From Rubripirellula sp. (lineage in GTDB: Bacteria; Planctomycetota; Planctomycetia; Pirellulales; Pirellulaceae), in contig OZ244207.1 in the NCBI GenBank assembly GCA_965216875.1, positions 3,136,001-3,200,000 of the forward strand: a DNA stretch of 64,000 nucleotides, read 5' to 3'. The notes beneath the pieces were generated by a model that had not been told where the DNA came from, searched no databases, and was given only the letters and a program-made list of their open reading frames with translations. Both the position numbers and the translations under genes were made by a program. Of this stretch, positions 40,560-50,135 are shown piece after piece (positions within the stretch are counted from its first letter, which is position 1; the number at the start of each line of letters is the position of its first letter).

Positions 40560-41369
40560 TCATGGGGATGGTGTCAATCGATTCATGATCTTGCGAACCA
40601 GCAACGGAAAGACGCCCAACAGGCCAAATGCAACAACGAGTTGCGCGAGTTGGGAGGGCGAAAAAACAGCCTCCGCACCTTGCTCAGCAAGGATGGTCAG
40701 GTTCGGGACTCGAGAACCAGCGTAGACATACACAATCGTCCCCGGCAACATTCCGAGCTGGCTGACCCACCAGTAGGTACGAGTCTTGATCGGCGTCAGT
40801 CCCATCACCAAGTTGATGACGAAAAAGGGTACGGCGGGAATCAGCCGAAGAGTAAAAAGGTAGAAACCACCCTCTCGCTCGAGCTGCTCGTTGAAGGTCG
40901 TCAGGCGATCCCCAAACTTGGCTTGCACCGCGTCGCGCAACAAATAGCGACTCATCAAGAACGCCAAAGTAGCGCCCGCCGTTGAAGCAAAGCTGACAAG
41001 CACAACGGTTCGCAAAAACCCGAAATACCAACCGTAGACGAGCGTCAGTGCCGCCGCGCCCGGCAACGAAAGCCCGGTCACCGTGACATAGACGATGAAC
41101 GCGATGCCATAGACCAGATAGGGGTTGTTTGCCTGGAACGCACGAAGCTTTGTCTCTTGCTCGGCCAAATAGTCGATCGACAACAGGTGACCAAATTGCC
41201 AAAAGAGTCCGGCAGCAATGGCAATCACAACCACAACGAGCAGAGGTTTGAGCGATCGCCTTTGGTCGCCCACCGAAGTCCCTTGGCTGCCATCAGTCGC
41301 TTCGCTGCCATCGGTCGCGCCGCCGTCGTCAATTGGCTGAGTCGGATCGTAGGGATTGTCGGAGGTCAT
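40560..41369 (-). CDS. TVP38/TMEM64 (DedA/VTT) membrane protein
   Basis: LSLPGAAALTL..GWYFG, LRLIPAVPFFVINL, SQLGMLPGT. Confidence 0.9.
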   Translation of the reverse strand: MTSDNPYDPTQPIDDGGATDGSEATDGSQGTSVGDQRRSLKPLLVVVVIAIAAGLFWQFGHLLSIDYLAEQETKLRAFQANNPYLVYGIAFIVYVTVTGLSLPGAAALTLVYGWYFGFLRTVVLVSFASTAGATLAFLMSRYLLRDAVQAKFGDRLTTFNEQLEREGGFYLFTLRLIPAVPFFVINLVMGLTPIKTRTYWWVSQLGMLPGTIVYVYAGSRVPNLTILAEQGAEAVFSPSQLAQLVVAFGLLGVFPLLVRKIMNRLTPSP

Positions 41370-41689
41370 GGTGTTTTCGCTTGAATACCTATCCACGCCG
41401 GACGGTTCGGGCCCGCTTAAGGCTCGAGCCGCTGACGCTACGGCGACAGTGGCAGCAGCCTTGGTCGACCGCTCATTTGATTGTCGCTGTCAATGTTAGC
41501 GATCTTACGCCGAATCTGCCGGATAGTCCGTAATGGATTTGCTCCCTCTCGGACCGCCAGCCAAGTCGCTTGCCCCTTCCCAATGATCTGACGGCGGTCG
41601 CATGGGCGACGTGGTCATTGAAAAGTGCACTCTCAAATGATGAGGAAGCACGCTCAACCATGGTCGCGCGAAAAGGATGTCCGACGAAG

Positions 41690-42511
41690 ATGAGAACGAT
41701 TCTGCCCTTCTGTTGTCTCGCCTTGGCATGGGCATTGACCTGCCAAAACAGGTCGCACGGCGGTTCGCCCGTTTACGTCGGGACGAAAGCATCAGCCGAC
41801 ATCTCGATGGACTCCGTTGATCATTCGCTATGGAACCAACTTCTCACCAAATATGTCGATGGCGAGGGGATGGTCGACTATCGATCTTGGAGAGCAAATC
41901 GCCAGGACATCATGTTGCTGGATCAGTATTTGCAAACGCTTTCCAGCGCCAGCGAACGTGTTCATGCGACCAAGCAAGCGAAGCTTGCTTTCTGGATCAA
42001 CGCCTACAACGCAGCGACAATTCGAGGCATCTTGCGTGAGTATCCGACGACGAGCATTCGCAATCACACCGCGCGCCTGTTTGGATACAACATTTGGAAG
42101 GACCTCAAACTCTATGTCGGCGGAACCCCGATTTCGTTGCACGACATTGAACACGAACGGTTGCGGACCATGTCGGAACCGCGTATTCATTTCGCCATCG
42201 TCTGTGCATCCATCAGTTGCCCTCGATTGCTGAACGAGGCCTACTTGCCCGATCGGGTGGACCAGCAGCTTGAATCGAACGCAAAAGACTTCTTCTCGCG
42301 CCAACGCAATTTTCGATTCGACCGATCGCAGCAACGCTTTGAACTCTCATCGATCTTGAAATGGTTCGCCGAAGATTTCGGTTCAAACCAATCAGCCCAG
42401 CTCAAACGCATTGCGGATTGGCTGCCTTCGAAAGAGTCACAACGGATCGCGAGCCTAGGCAAAGGGAACATCACCTATCTCGACTACGACTGGGGATTGA
42501 ACAGCCAGTGA
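41690..42511 (+). CDS. DUF547 domain secreted protein
   Basis: LAFWINAYNA, IEH, EPRIHFAIVCASISCP, LSSILKWFAEDF, YDWGLN. Confidence 0.9.
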   Translation: MRTILPFCCLALAWALTCQNRSHGGSPVYVGTKASADISMDSVDHSLWNQLLTKYVDGEGMVDYRSWRANRQDIMLLDQYLQTLSSASERVHATKQAKLAFWINAYNAATIRGILREYPTTSIRNHTARLFGYNIWKDLKLYVGGTPISLHDIEHERLRTMSEPRIHFAIVCASISCPRLLNEAYLPDRVDQQLESNAKDFFSRQRNFRFDRSQQRFELSSILKWFAEDFGSNQSAQLKRIADWLPSKESQRIASLGKGNITYLDYDWGLNSQ

Positions 42512-42530
42512 GAGTGGGGTAACGAGGTAT

Positions 42531-42558
42531 CGTGAGCCGCACGCGCTAGCGTCGGGCC
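42531..42558 (+). repeat. 28-bp REP-like unit, left arm of a perfect inverted pair
   Basis: cgtgagccgcacgcgctagcgtcgggcc is the exact reverse complement of 44788-44815. Confidence 0.85.
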
Positions 42559-42752
42559 TTTCAGGTTGGACGTGTTGAAGCCCTGGTGAACGTGAAGCTG
42601 TATGCGTGTCATGCGAAGCATGACCTACGAAGACGTCCGGGTGTGCGTTACCACGCAGAGCGGGGTAACGAGGAGGGAGGAGGAGGTTTTATTGTCAGCC
42701 TGTAACCGGCGCGAGAGACGCCGGTGTTTGAGAATCAATAGGCGATCGGTAC

Positions 42753-44531
42753 CTACCGCATTGCGAGCTGTTCAGGCTTTGCCTGTTCCGCTGCGCGTTT
42801 CTGCCGGGCCTCTTCCTGGACCTTGATGGTCAAATTGCGGATTCGGTCGGCTGCGGTCGGTGACACTTTTCGCAGGACACGCTGGGCTCGAACCAAGAAC
42901 TTCAAGCTCGAGGGCGGATTTGCCTCCAGCGCTGAAGCCCATCCTTCGGCCATCGCAGCGATGAGTTCGCTTTGCCGGACTCCGGCAATGGCATGAAGCT
43001 GAACGCAATCGCTGTTTGCAACCACGAACAAAGGTCTTGCCGAACCACGCGCTTCAAACGGAGGCTGCTTGGTGAGCTGGCTAAGCGCCGGACCTTCCTT
43101 CAGCGGCATGATGACCACCACGTATTCTTCCATCAGCAACTGAAGTGTTGGATCGAGCGTCGGTGGCTGCCACGTCGTTCCTTCGTGCAGCACGAAGAGA
43201 ATCGGTCGGCCAGCATGCTTCGCCATGGCAAGTCGATTCTTGGCTTGGATCAATCGCGGCCCCGCCTTACTCACCTTTTGGCCCAAAATATCCTCGAAGA
43301 TCTCTTCATAGACGAGCTTGAGGTGCGGCAGCGGCTGGTTCATCAACAGTTCGTGGACGCGTTTGTCTTGGCCACTGGCCGGATTCCAACTCGCTTGTTG
43401 ATGCGCCCAAGCGATGTGGTTCATCCGAGCCGACTGAGATGTCTTTGCCGTTGCGATGCCGTACATATCCAGCGCCCAATGCGCTTCGCTAAGCAACACC
43501 TCTGCCGAAACGGGTCCCGTTACCGAATGAATGACGTGACCATCCGGCGTTAAAAAGTGGCTCGCAACGTTGCCACCATTCTTTTGAATTTTGCCGCCTA
43601 CCGAGACAGCACGAAAATCACCAACTTGTTGAAACGCACAAACGAATTCGTCGGCAAACACTTCACCAACGATGGGGTCGGACAGGGCACCCACCCTGTA
43701 TTTTGATGCGTTGTTTCACGTAAACCCAGGGATCTCAAAGTTGCCTGACACATGAATCAGAAAGACAAGCTTGTCCTTCTCTTTGGCCAACCGATAGGCC
43801 GCGGCCGGTGAATCCGCCCATTCCAGCGCGGTCCCATGAGCTTCCATGGCAACGCACGTCGACTCGTCCTGCTTGGTATGCAAAACCGACGCGTTGGGTT
43901 TGGCCAGAGACATGATCGACTCAAATCGACCAGGCTTGGTCGCAACGGCCAAAGGATTCTGAGCTGGCGCTAGCGATACTGTTTTCACCTCGACCGTTTT
44001 CGCCTTGGGACGGGCGTCAGCCAATTGCGACGCGATCGGTGCTTGTTCCTCGACCGGCAAAGACGGCTCGGCAATCTTTGGCTCACGTGGTTGTTCTGCC
44101 GATTTCGATTCGGTAGGCACCGCCGCGGCCACTTCGGCGGGACGTTGCTGCAGCGACTGCGATACCGCGACCTGAGGTGCCGGTTCGCTAATCACTTCCT
44201 CGCCGCCAAAATCAAACGTTATGGCGCCGCGCGAGGGAATCAAGACAGGTTCATTTGCCGCGATGGCATCCAAAAACCTACCGGCGGAACGAAGTTCATG
44301 ATCCGCGACATAGCTCGATGGAGCGTCGCTGGATGGCAATCCAAGTTTGCCGCAAATAAACCCCAGAGCAAGGAACGTCCCAGCAACAACGACGTAGGTC
44401 GCAGTCATCCGAGATTGTTCGGAGGTCAGGTCAATGGTTTCCTCGTCGAACTCGTCGGCTCGCGGGGGCGGCACGACGGGTGGCGGGGAAACGGCCGGTG
44501 CGCCGATTGGCGGAGGCGAATGTTGGTGCAT
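42753..44531 (-). CDS. putative selenoprotein: TM anchor, Pro-rich linker and thioredoxin/SelN-like domain with in-frame UGA (codon 272); 592 aa if read through
   Basis: ORFs 44531-43716 and 43694-42753 share a frame; junction reads HVSGNFEIPGFT-TGA-NNASKYRVGALSDP; SECIS-like hairpin follows. Confidence 0.7.
43682..43699 (-). promoter_or_regulatory. putative bacterial SECIS hairpin
   Basis: mRNA ACAGGGU-GGGU-GCCCUGU; G-initial apical loop with 23 nt between UGA and loop. Confidence 0.6.
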
Positions 44532-44696
44532 ATTGTCGCCCAGTTAGGGGAAGAGAAGAAAAGTCCTAGGCACCAGGATTGATCATACCACCCAACGGCG
44601 GCAAAAGTCAAAAGAGACCCGAACACTGGCCGCACGCCCATCCAACGGATGGCACTTTTCGTGGGGAGTGCGTGGAATTTTCGGGCTAAAAGCGTC

Positions 44697-44757
44697 GTTG
44701 CTACCTTCGCCAGAAGGTGGTCTCTTGCAGCTCCACGCTCTGGCGAGCGTTAGCTAC
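44697..44757. repeat. GTAG-family REP doublet (copy 2)
   Basis: gttgctaccttcgccagaaggtgg ... ccacgctctggcgagcgttagctac. Confidence 0.75.
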
Positions 44758-44787
44758 CGGGGAAGCGCAACTAGTGGGAAGTGGTAG

Positions 44788-44815
44788 GGCCCGACGCTAG
44801 CGCGTGCGGCTCACG
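44788..44815 (-). repeat. 28-bp REP-like unit, right arm of the inverted pair
   Basis: ggcccgacgctagcgcgtgcggctcacg. Confidence 0.85.
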
Positions 44816-44841
44816 GGCAAGGAATTCAAACCGCGATTTCC

Positions 44842-45702
44842 CTAGGCAGGGGCACCGAGCAGATGCTCAGCTGCTTCGCACTTGTTGAGTACGTAATAGT
44901 GGATACCGGGAACACCTTTTTCCAACAGGTCTTCCTTCTGCTGGCGTGCATGCTCGAGCCCAACCTTGAATTGATCGGTCGCTTCGGCGCTCGCATTCAT
45001 CGCGTCCGCTAGCGTCTCGGGGATGCTCGCCTTGCACATCGAAGCAATGCGTTGAGCTTGCTTGAAGTTCGTCACTGGCAAGAGTCCAGGAACAATCGGC
45101 ACGCGGATTCCGATCGCGTCGCATTTGTCACGAAAACGATAGAAATCGTCGTTGTCGTAGAAGAGCTGGGTGATGACCACATCGGCTCCCGCGTCGACCT
45201 TGCGTTTCAAGTTCTCGAGGTCAGTTTGAGCGTCGACGGCTTCTTGGTGCACTTCGGGATAGCCAGCGACCGCGATTCCAAAATCGTCGAACTTGGCTTG
45301 AATCAGCTCAACCAACTCGTTGGCATAGCGCAATCCACCCTCGACCGCCTCGAATTGATCGCTTCCTTTCGGTGGGTCACCTCGCAAGGCAACGATGTAG
45401 TCCGTACCGATACTCTTCGCATCGCGAAGGTATTGCTCGAGCTGCTCGGTGGTGCGACCGACACAAGTAAGGTGCGAAGCGACGGGCAGATCCGTGATCT
45501 CCTTGATTCGCTTGAGCACCTTGAGTGTGGTTTCCTGAGACGATCCACCCGCACCGTAGGTACAGGTGAAGTAGCTCGGATCGAAGTCAATCAACCGCTT
45601 GACGGTTTCCAAAAGCGACTCGAGCCCCGCTTCCGTTTTTGGCGGAAACAGTTCAAAGGAAATGGCGCATCGCTCGTTTGCGTAGTGGGACGCGAGACTC
45701 AT
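44842..45702 (-). CDS. metF: 5,10-methylenetetrahydrofolate reductase
   Basis: SFELFPPK, TYGAGGS, HLTCV, ALRGDPP, AGYPEVH, ITQLFYD. Confidence 0.95.
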   Translation of the reverse strand: MSLASHYANERCAISFELFPPKTEAGLESLLETVKRLIDFDPSYFTCTYGAGGSSQETTLKVLKRIKEITDLPVASHLTCVGRTTEQLEQYLRDAKSIGTDYIVALRGDPPKGSDQFEAVEGGLRYANELVELIQAKFDDFGIAVAGYPEVHQEAVDAQTDLENLKRKVDAGADVVITQLFYDNDDFYRFRDKCDAIGIRVPIVPGLLPVTNFKQAQRIASMCKASIPETLADAMNASAEATDQFKVGLEHARQQKEDLLEKGVPGIHYYVLNKCEAAEHLLGAPA

Positions 45703-45773
45703 ACAAAGTGGGCCTGATCGTTGTCGTTAAAAGCTAGTGGCGTAGAGGCCTAACCGAACCAAAGAGTTCACAT

Positions 45774-46610
45774 TCACGGAGTCGTTGGTTTTGATGCACC
45801 GGGCCAAAGCTTGGCATCGGCGTTGCCGCTGAGTACCACACCTTTCTTATTCCAGTCCAAGTAGGCCAACACGTCCGCTGGACAATATCGCAACGTCAAA
45901 CCGCATCGACGTCGATCGGAATCATTCGGGGCCGACCCGTGCAACAACAGATCGCTGTGAATGGAAATCTGTCCGGCCTTGAGAGGCGTCAATTGTTCGC
46001 GACCGTATTGCTCAGGATTCTTGACCGATTGGTCAAGCACATTGTCGGAGTCGTCGCCACTGGCATCAAAGTCGATCAAACCATAGGTGTGCGACCCGGC
46101 AAAAACTTCCATGCAGCCGTTGGCTTTGTCCGCATCATCGATCGCCAACCAAACGGTCACTGCTTTGGTGGGAGTCAGCGGCCAGTAGCTGCAGTCCTGA
46201 TGCCAATCAACACTCTTGCCGTCGCCAGGTAATTTGCAAAAGAAGTGGCTGCCCCATCCGACGACGTCTTCGCCAAGGAGATCAGCGACATAGTTGACGA
46301 TCTTCTCGTTCGACAAAATGTCCCAAACGCGTGCGTGCTTGAGGTGAGCGCTGCTGATCGAGTAGCTGTCCTTTCCTTCGGCCAACGCGTCGGCAAGCAG
46401 CTGATCAAAGTAACCGCGGATGTCGACGATCTCGGCATCGTCGTAAACATCAAGCGGCCCCAAGTACCCGTCATCATTCCATCGCTGGATGTCGCTCTCG
46501 GCAAGCACCTTGGGCGAATCGTTCGAGGTGGGATAGAAGCGGATATCGCGTTCGACCGAATTGATCGATTCGCGGTCTGGGATGATGGCAAAGTCAGTTT
46601 GCTGATTCAC
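45774..46610 (-). CDS. phytanoyl-CoA dioxygenase family (Fe/2OG) enzyme
   Basis: WHQD, TVWLAIDD, NGCM, GSH, LLHGSAPN..RR. Confidence 0.88.
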   Translation of the reverse strand: MNQQTDFAIIPDRESINSVERDIRFYPTSNDSPKVLAESDIQRWNDDGYLGPLDVYDDAEIVDIRGYFDQLLADALAEGKDSYSISSAHLKHARVWDILSNEKIVNYVADLLGEDVVGWGSHFFCKLPGDGKSVDWHQDCSYWPLTPTKAVTVWLAIDDADKANGCMEVFAGSHTYGLIDFDASGDDSDNVLDQSVKNPEQYGREQLTPLKAGQISIHSDLLLHGSAPNDSDRRRCGLTLRYCPADVLAYLDWNKKGVVLSGNADAKLWPGASKPTTP

Positions 46611-46981
46611 GGCAATTTCTGCTGAAACTTGGGCTCTCGAGCAACATCCGAGAGACCCTCTCGAATGCCGTTGGGCTCGATAATAGCACGCCGAGGAGGC
46701 TTCTTCCTAGGACGCTAGTTCTGCAGGTTTGAATTGTGATTCTGCCAAAACGAATTCCGATCCCAAGTTCACTCCGATGAGCCGCGGCTCGCTTATTCGG
46801 CCTGGACTTGGAAGCCATTGCGCGTGGGGCAAACCATTGCGCGTGGGCAAGGTCCCAAAACCTCAGGGGGCCAGATGAGGCTGGGGCCCGAGGCCGAGGC
46901 CGATTGCCCTTGCGTGAAACTGGACGTTTTTCGTATTCAACGATCGTGTTTGCCTGAAATCGCGAATGGGAGGGCGGTCGT

Positions 46982-47494
46982 TTGGATACCCCGATTGAGT
47001 TGCTCGACAGCGAAACGGTCGCGGACCAGAGGGAAGCCCTGCATGCGATCGTCGCCGCTGACGCTGTCGTTACTGGGCACGCCGCACGGATTGTCCAGCT
47101 GGCGGGAAGCCGAGACGACAACGTTCGCATGTATGCTGCCCAAGCCCTTGAAGCGAAGGTGGTTGCAACCTGTGACGAAATCGAGACGCTCGCCGGACTC
47201 CTTGATGATGGCGAGGACGGTGAGACTTGTTACTGGGCTGCAACGATGATCGGCCGGGTCGGAAGCGCGCGCGACATCGGTGATCGAATCGACGGCGTCA
47301 TCGATGCCCTGCAGCAATGTATCGGCGATTCGATGTACCTACCCGCTCGTGAACAAGCCACGTGGGCCGTCGCACAGATCGGACCTCCGGCACAAGCCGC
47401 CGTGCCGACCCTACGCGAAACGGCTCAAACCGCACCGCCAAGATTACAGCAGATGGCCCGCCAAGCATTAGAAGTGATTGGCGACCCGAACTAA
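46982..47494 (+). CDS. HEAT-repeat protein
   Basis: VRMYAAQAL, YWAATMIGRVG, REQATWAVAQIGP..AVPTL. Confidence 0.7.
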   Translation: MDTPIELLDSETVADQREALHAIVAADAVVTGHAARIVQLAGSRDDNVRMYAAQALEAKVVATCDEIETLAGLLDDGEDGETCYWAATMIGRVGSARDIGDRIDGVIDALQQCIGDSMYLPAREQATWAVAQIGPPAQAAVPTLRETAQTAPPRLQQMARQALEVIGDPN

Positions 47495-47595
47495 GACAAC
47501 GAAGCCGAAACGATCAACCGCAAGAATGCGGTTATCGACAAAGCGGCACTTTACTGAAAGAACACGATCGACATCGCCGAGGCAAGGAGGCTGAG

Positions 47596-48699
47596 GTGGG
47601 ACTTATCTTCGGCCGACGCCGACGCTCGTCACGCAAAAAGTCGGTCACCAGCAACATTCCGTTTCTAAAATTCCTCGGTCCCGGCAGCACGCTTGCCGGA
47701 ATCGTCGCGACCGTCTTTTGCGCCATGACAGGGCGCATCGACTTGTCCTCGCTCGACCAAATCATCGGATCGGGGACCGGCGACGATACGCAGCAAATCC
47801 AAGCGATCGAGATTCACCAACTCGGTGACAAGTCGCCCGATACCGTGAGGGTGGCAACTTTCAACATCCAACACTTTGGCGACTCCAAGTCGTCTAAACC
47901 GGAACTGTTGGCGGCCATCGCCAAAGTGATTTCTCGGTTTGATGTCGTCGCCATCCAAGAAGTGCACGGTGACGACGCGGCTGCGATTCGCCGACTGGTC
48001 AATCTGTTGAACGCTTCCGGCGGTCGATACACGGCGACGGTCAGCGTTCCGATCGGACGCCCCAATTCCGAAGGCAAGCGAGGCTACACCGAAGCGTATG
48101 CGTTCGTGTGGGATGAATCGAGAATCCAAATCACACAGCCGGCCTACGTCGTGCACGACCCCGATGACCGCATGTTCCGCGAACCGATGGTCGCCTCGTT
48201 CCAAGTCCAAACGGGAGCTGCCGACGGACGTGTCCCGTTTCGGTTCACGCTCATCAACGCCCACACTTCGCCCAAGGAAGTCGCCGCGGGTGCGGTGGGC
48301 AACGAAATGAATGTGCTCGACGACGTTTTTGTGAGCGTCCGACAATACGAATACGATGCCAACCGAGAAGAGGACTTTATCCTGCTCGGTGACTTGAACG
48401 TGGACACCAAGGGCTTGCGAGAACTGGGACAAATTCCAGGCGTGGTGACCGTTGCGGGCGACATGAAAACAAACACGCGGTTGACCAAGACTTACGACCA
48501 CATCCTGATCGACCGACGTATGACTCGCGAATACACGGGTCGATGCGGTGTGATCGATCTGCAAAAGGAATTCGGGATCAGCGAGGAAGAAGCGATCCAA
48601 ATCAGCGATCACCTGCCGCTGTGGGCAGAATTCTCGGCCTATGAGATGCCGCGGTTCAACGAAGTCGCAGCCGGGCAGGGCAGTGCGACGCAGCGTTAG
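47596..48699 (+). CDS. endonuclease/exonuclease/phosphatase (DNase I-like)
   Basis: AAGGAGG RBS plus GTG; ATFNIQHFG, VAIQEV, REP, LGDLN, YDHI, SDHLPLW. Confidence 0.88.
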   Translation: MGLIFGRRRRSSRKKSVTSNIPFLKFLGPGSTLAGIVATVFCAMTGRIDLSSLDQIIGSGTGDDTQQIQAIEIHQLGDKSPDTVRVATFNIQHFGDSKSSKPELLAAIAKVISRFDVVAIQEVHGDDAAAIRRLVNLLNASGGRYTATVSVPIGRPNSEGKRGYTEAYAFVWDESRIQITQPAYVVHDPDDRMFREPMVASFQVQTGAADGRVPFRFTLINAHTSPKEVAAGAVGNEMNVLDDVFVSVRQYEYDANREEDFILLGDLNVDTKGLRELGQIPGVVTVAGDMKTNTRLTKTYDHILIDRRMTREYTGRCGVIDLQKEFGISEEEAIQISDHLPLWAEFSAYEMPRFNEVAAGQGSATQR

Positions 48700-48726
48700 A
48701 GCTGTGGGTTGCAATTGCGCGTGTGA

Positions 48727-48840
48727 TAACACTCTCCTTGGGAGAGTCGGGCTCTAAGGCCCGGAGAGGGTCTGATTTGTAACGATCATTCCCTCCCCGG
48801 ACTTTAGCGTCCGACCCTCCCGCAAGCGGGAGGGTGATTG
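48727..48840 (-). repeat. ~115-bp composite palindromic element (copy 2, inverted)
   Basis: Reverse complement of 34631-34745 with a variable central spacer. Confidence 0.85.
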
Positions 48841-48939
48841 TTGGAGCGCACGTTAACCAACCTCATGGCTCGGGGTACTACGAAACGCACGCGATCGCGG
48901 CTGAGGATTCTGGCTACTTTCGCGGAGCGAAAGGCGATG

Positions 48940-49968
48940 CTAGGCGGCGCGTCGTTTCTCGAGACGCTTTTGCACCTTGGGTGGTGGCTGGCGCCAGCGT
49001 CGGTGCAGCCACCAATACTGTTCGACCGACTCTTCAATCGCTTCGCCAAGTTTTTCGTTGTACCACTCGGTCATGGTTGTCACTGACGAACTCTCGGCCG
49101 AATCATCCCGGGGGTCGATGTCGCCAAAACAAGCCAGCTCGAACTGCATCGGTTGACGATTGATTCGCCGCGTGCCCACAACAAGCATCGGCGCGTCACT
49201 ACTTAACGAGAACAGGGCAAGTGCCTTGTGACATGACGCTGGGACACCCATGAAATCGACCCAACACCCCTTCGGGCCAGCGTGTTGGTCGGCGAGCAGC
49301 GAGAGGATGCCACCCTCCTGCAGGTGCTGGTCCACCTCGGTCGCACATCCATCCTTGTCGACCATGTATTGGCCTTTGGCTCCACGAAACCGCTCCACCC
49401 AATCATGCAGGTAGCGATTGTCGAGCCGCCGTGCGATCGTCAGGGTCGAAAGGCCCATCAACCCCGAGACATAGCCGCCAACTTCGAAATTTCCGAAATG
49501 GCCCGTGACCATCACCGTGGGGCGTTGGCTGAGGGCGTATTCGAGCATTTTGCGGTTGTCGCGGAACCGCACGTGCTCGGCCCAATTGGTTCGATGCAGC
49601 CGACGCTGGGCCCAGGCGATCTCGCAGACCATCAGCAACAGGTGATGCCACATCTGGAATTCGAGCTCACTCCGCCGCTGGGGGGTCATGTGGGGAAAGA
49701 CCTGCGAGAGGTTGTCGTGGGTGATTCTGCGACGAATCCCCAGCCCCGAAGTGACCACTCTTGCAAGGCCGCGGCAGATCGAATCGCCCATATCGACCGG
49801 CAGGGTTTGGACGGTTGCGACCAGCAGCCGCACGAGTCCATAGCCAATCGCCTCGCCCAGTCGGGAGAAAAGTGGCCTGAGCACTTTGTTTTTGAATCGT
49901 TTCGCTCGTTGGGTGATCGCGTTCACAGCTTCCCTGCTTGAAATCCGCGTCAAATCGACGGCCATCAT
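48940..49968 (-). CDS. lipid A lauroyl/late acyltransferase family (LpxL/HtrB-like)
   Basis: TGHFGNFE (HxxxxE), LADQ, EQYWWLHRRWR; start could be GTG 49926. Confidence 0.88.
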   Translation of the reverse strand: MMAVDLTRISSREAVNAITQRAKRFKNKVLRPLFSRLGEAIGYGLVRLLVATVQTLPVDMGDSICRGLARVVTSGLGIRRRITHDNLSQVFPHMTPQRRSELEFQMWHHLLLMVCEIAWAQRRLHRTNWAEHVRFRDNRKMLEYALSQRPTVMVTGHFGNFEVGGYVSGLMGLSTLTIARRLDNRYLHDWVERFRGAKGQYMVDKDGCATEVDQHLQEGGILSLLADQHAGPKGCWVDFMGVPASCHKALALFSLSSDAPMLVVGTRRINRQPMQFELACFGDIDPRDDSAESSSVTTMTEWYNEKLGEAIEESVEQYWWLHRRWRQPPPKVQKRLEKRRAA

Positions 49969-50135
49969 TGTCGCCCAAGGGTGCCGCGAGACGCCAGACA
50001 GATTCGACGCCTTGTGAGATTTGCTGGCAGAGACGACCATTGTGGGGCGCACCGCCAAACACCCTCAACGAGCCCACTCTTCCAGCCGGGGAGTGAAGCC
50101 GCCAGCTGAGAAGCGAAGTACCCGATAGAAACGCA

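Noticed and set aside
42753..43694. Independent 313-aa gene starting at GTG 43694
   Set aside because: No ribosome-binding site, start lies inside a hairpin and mid-domain; better explained as read-through from 44531
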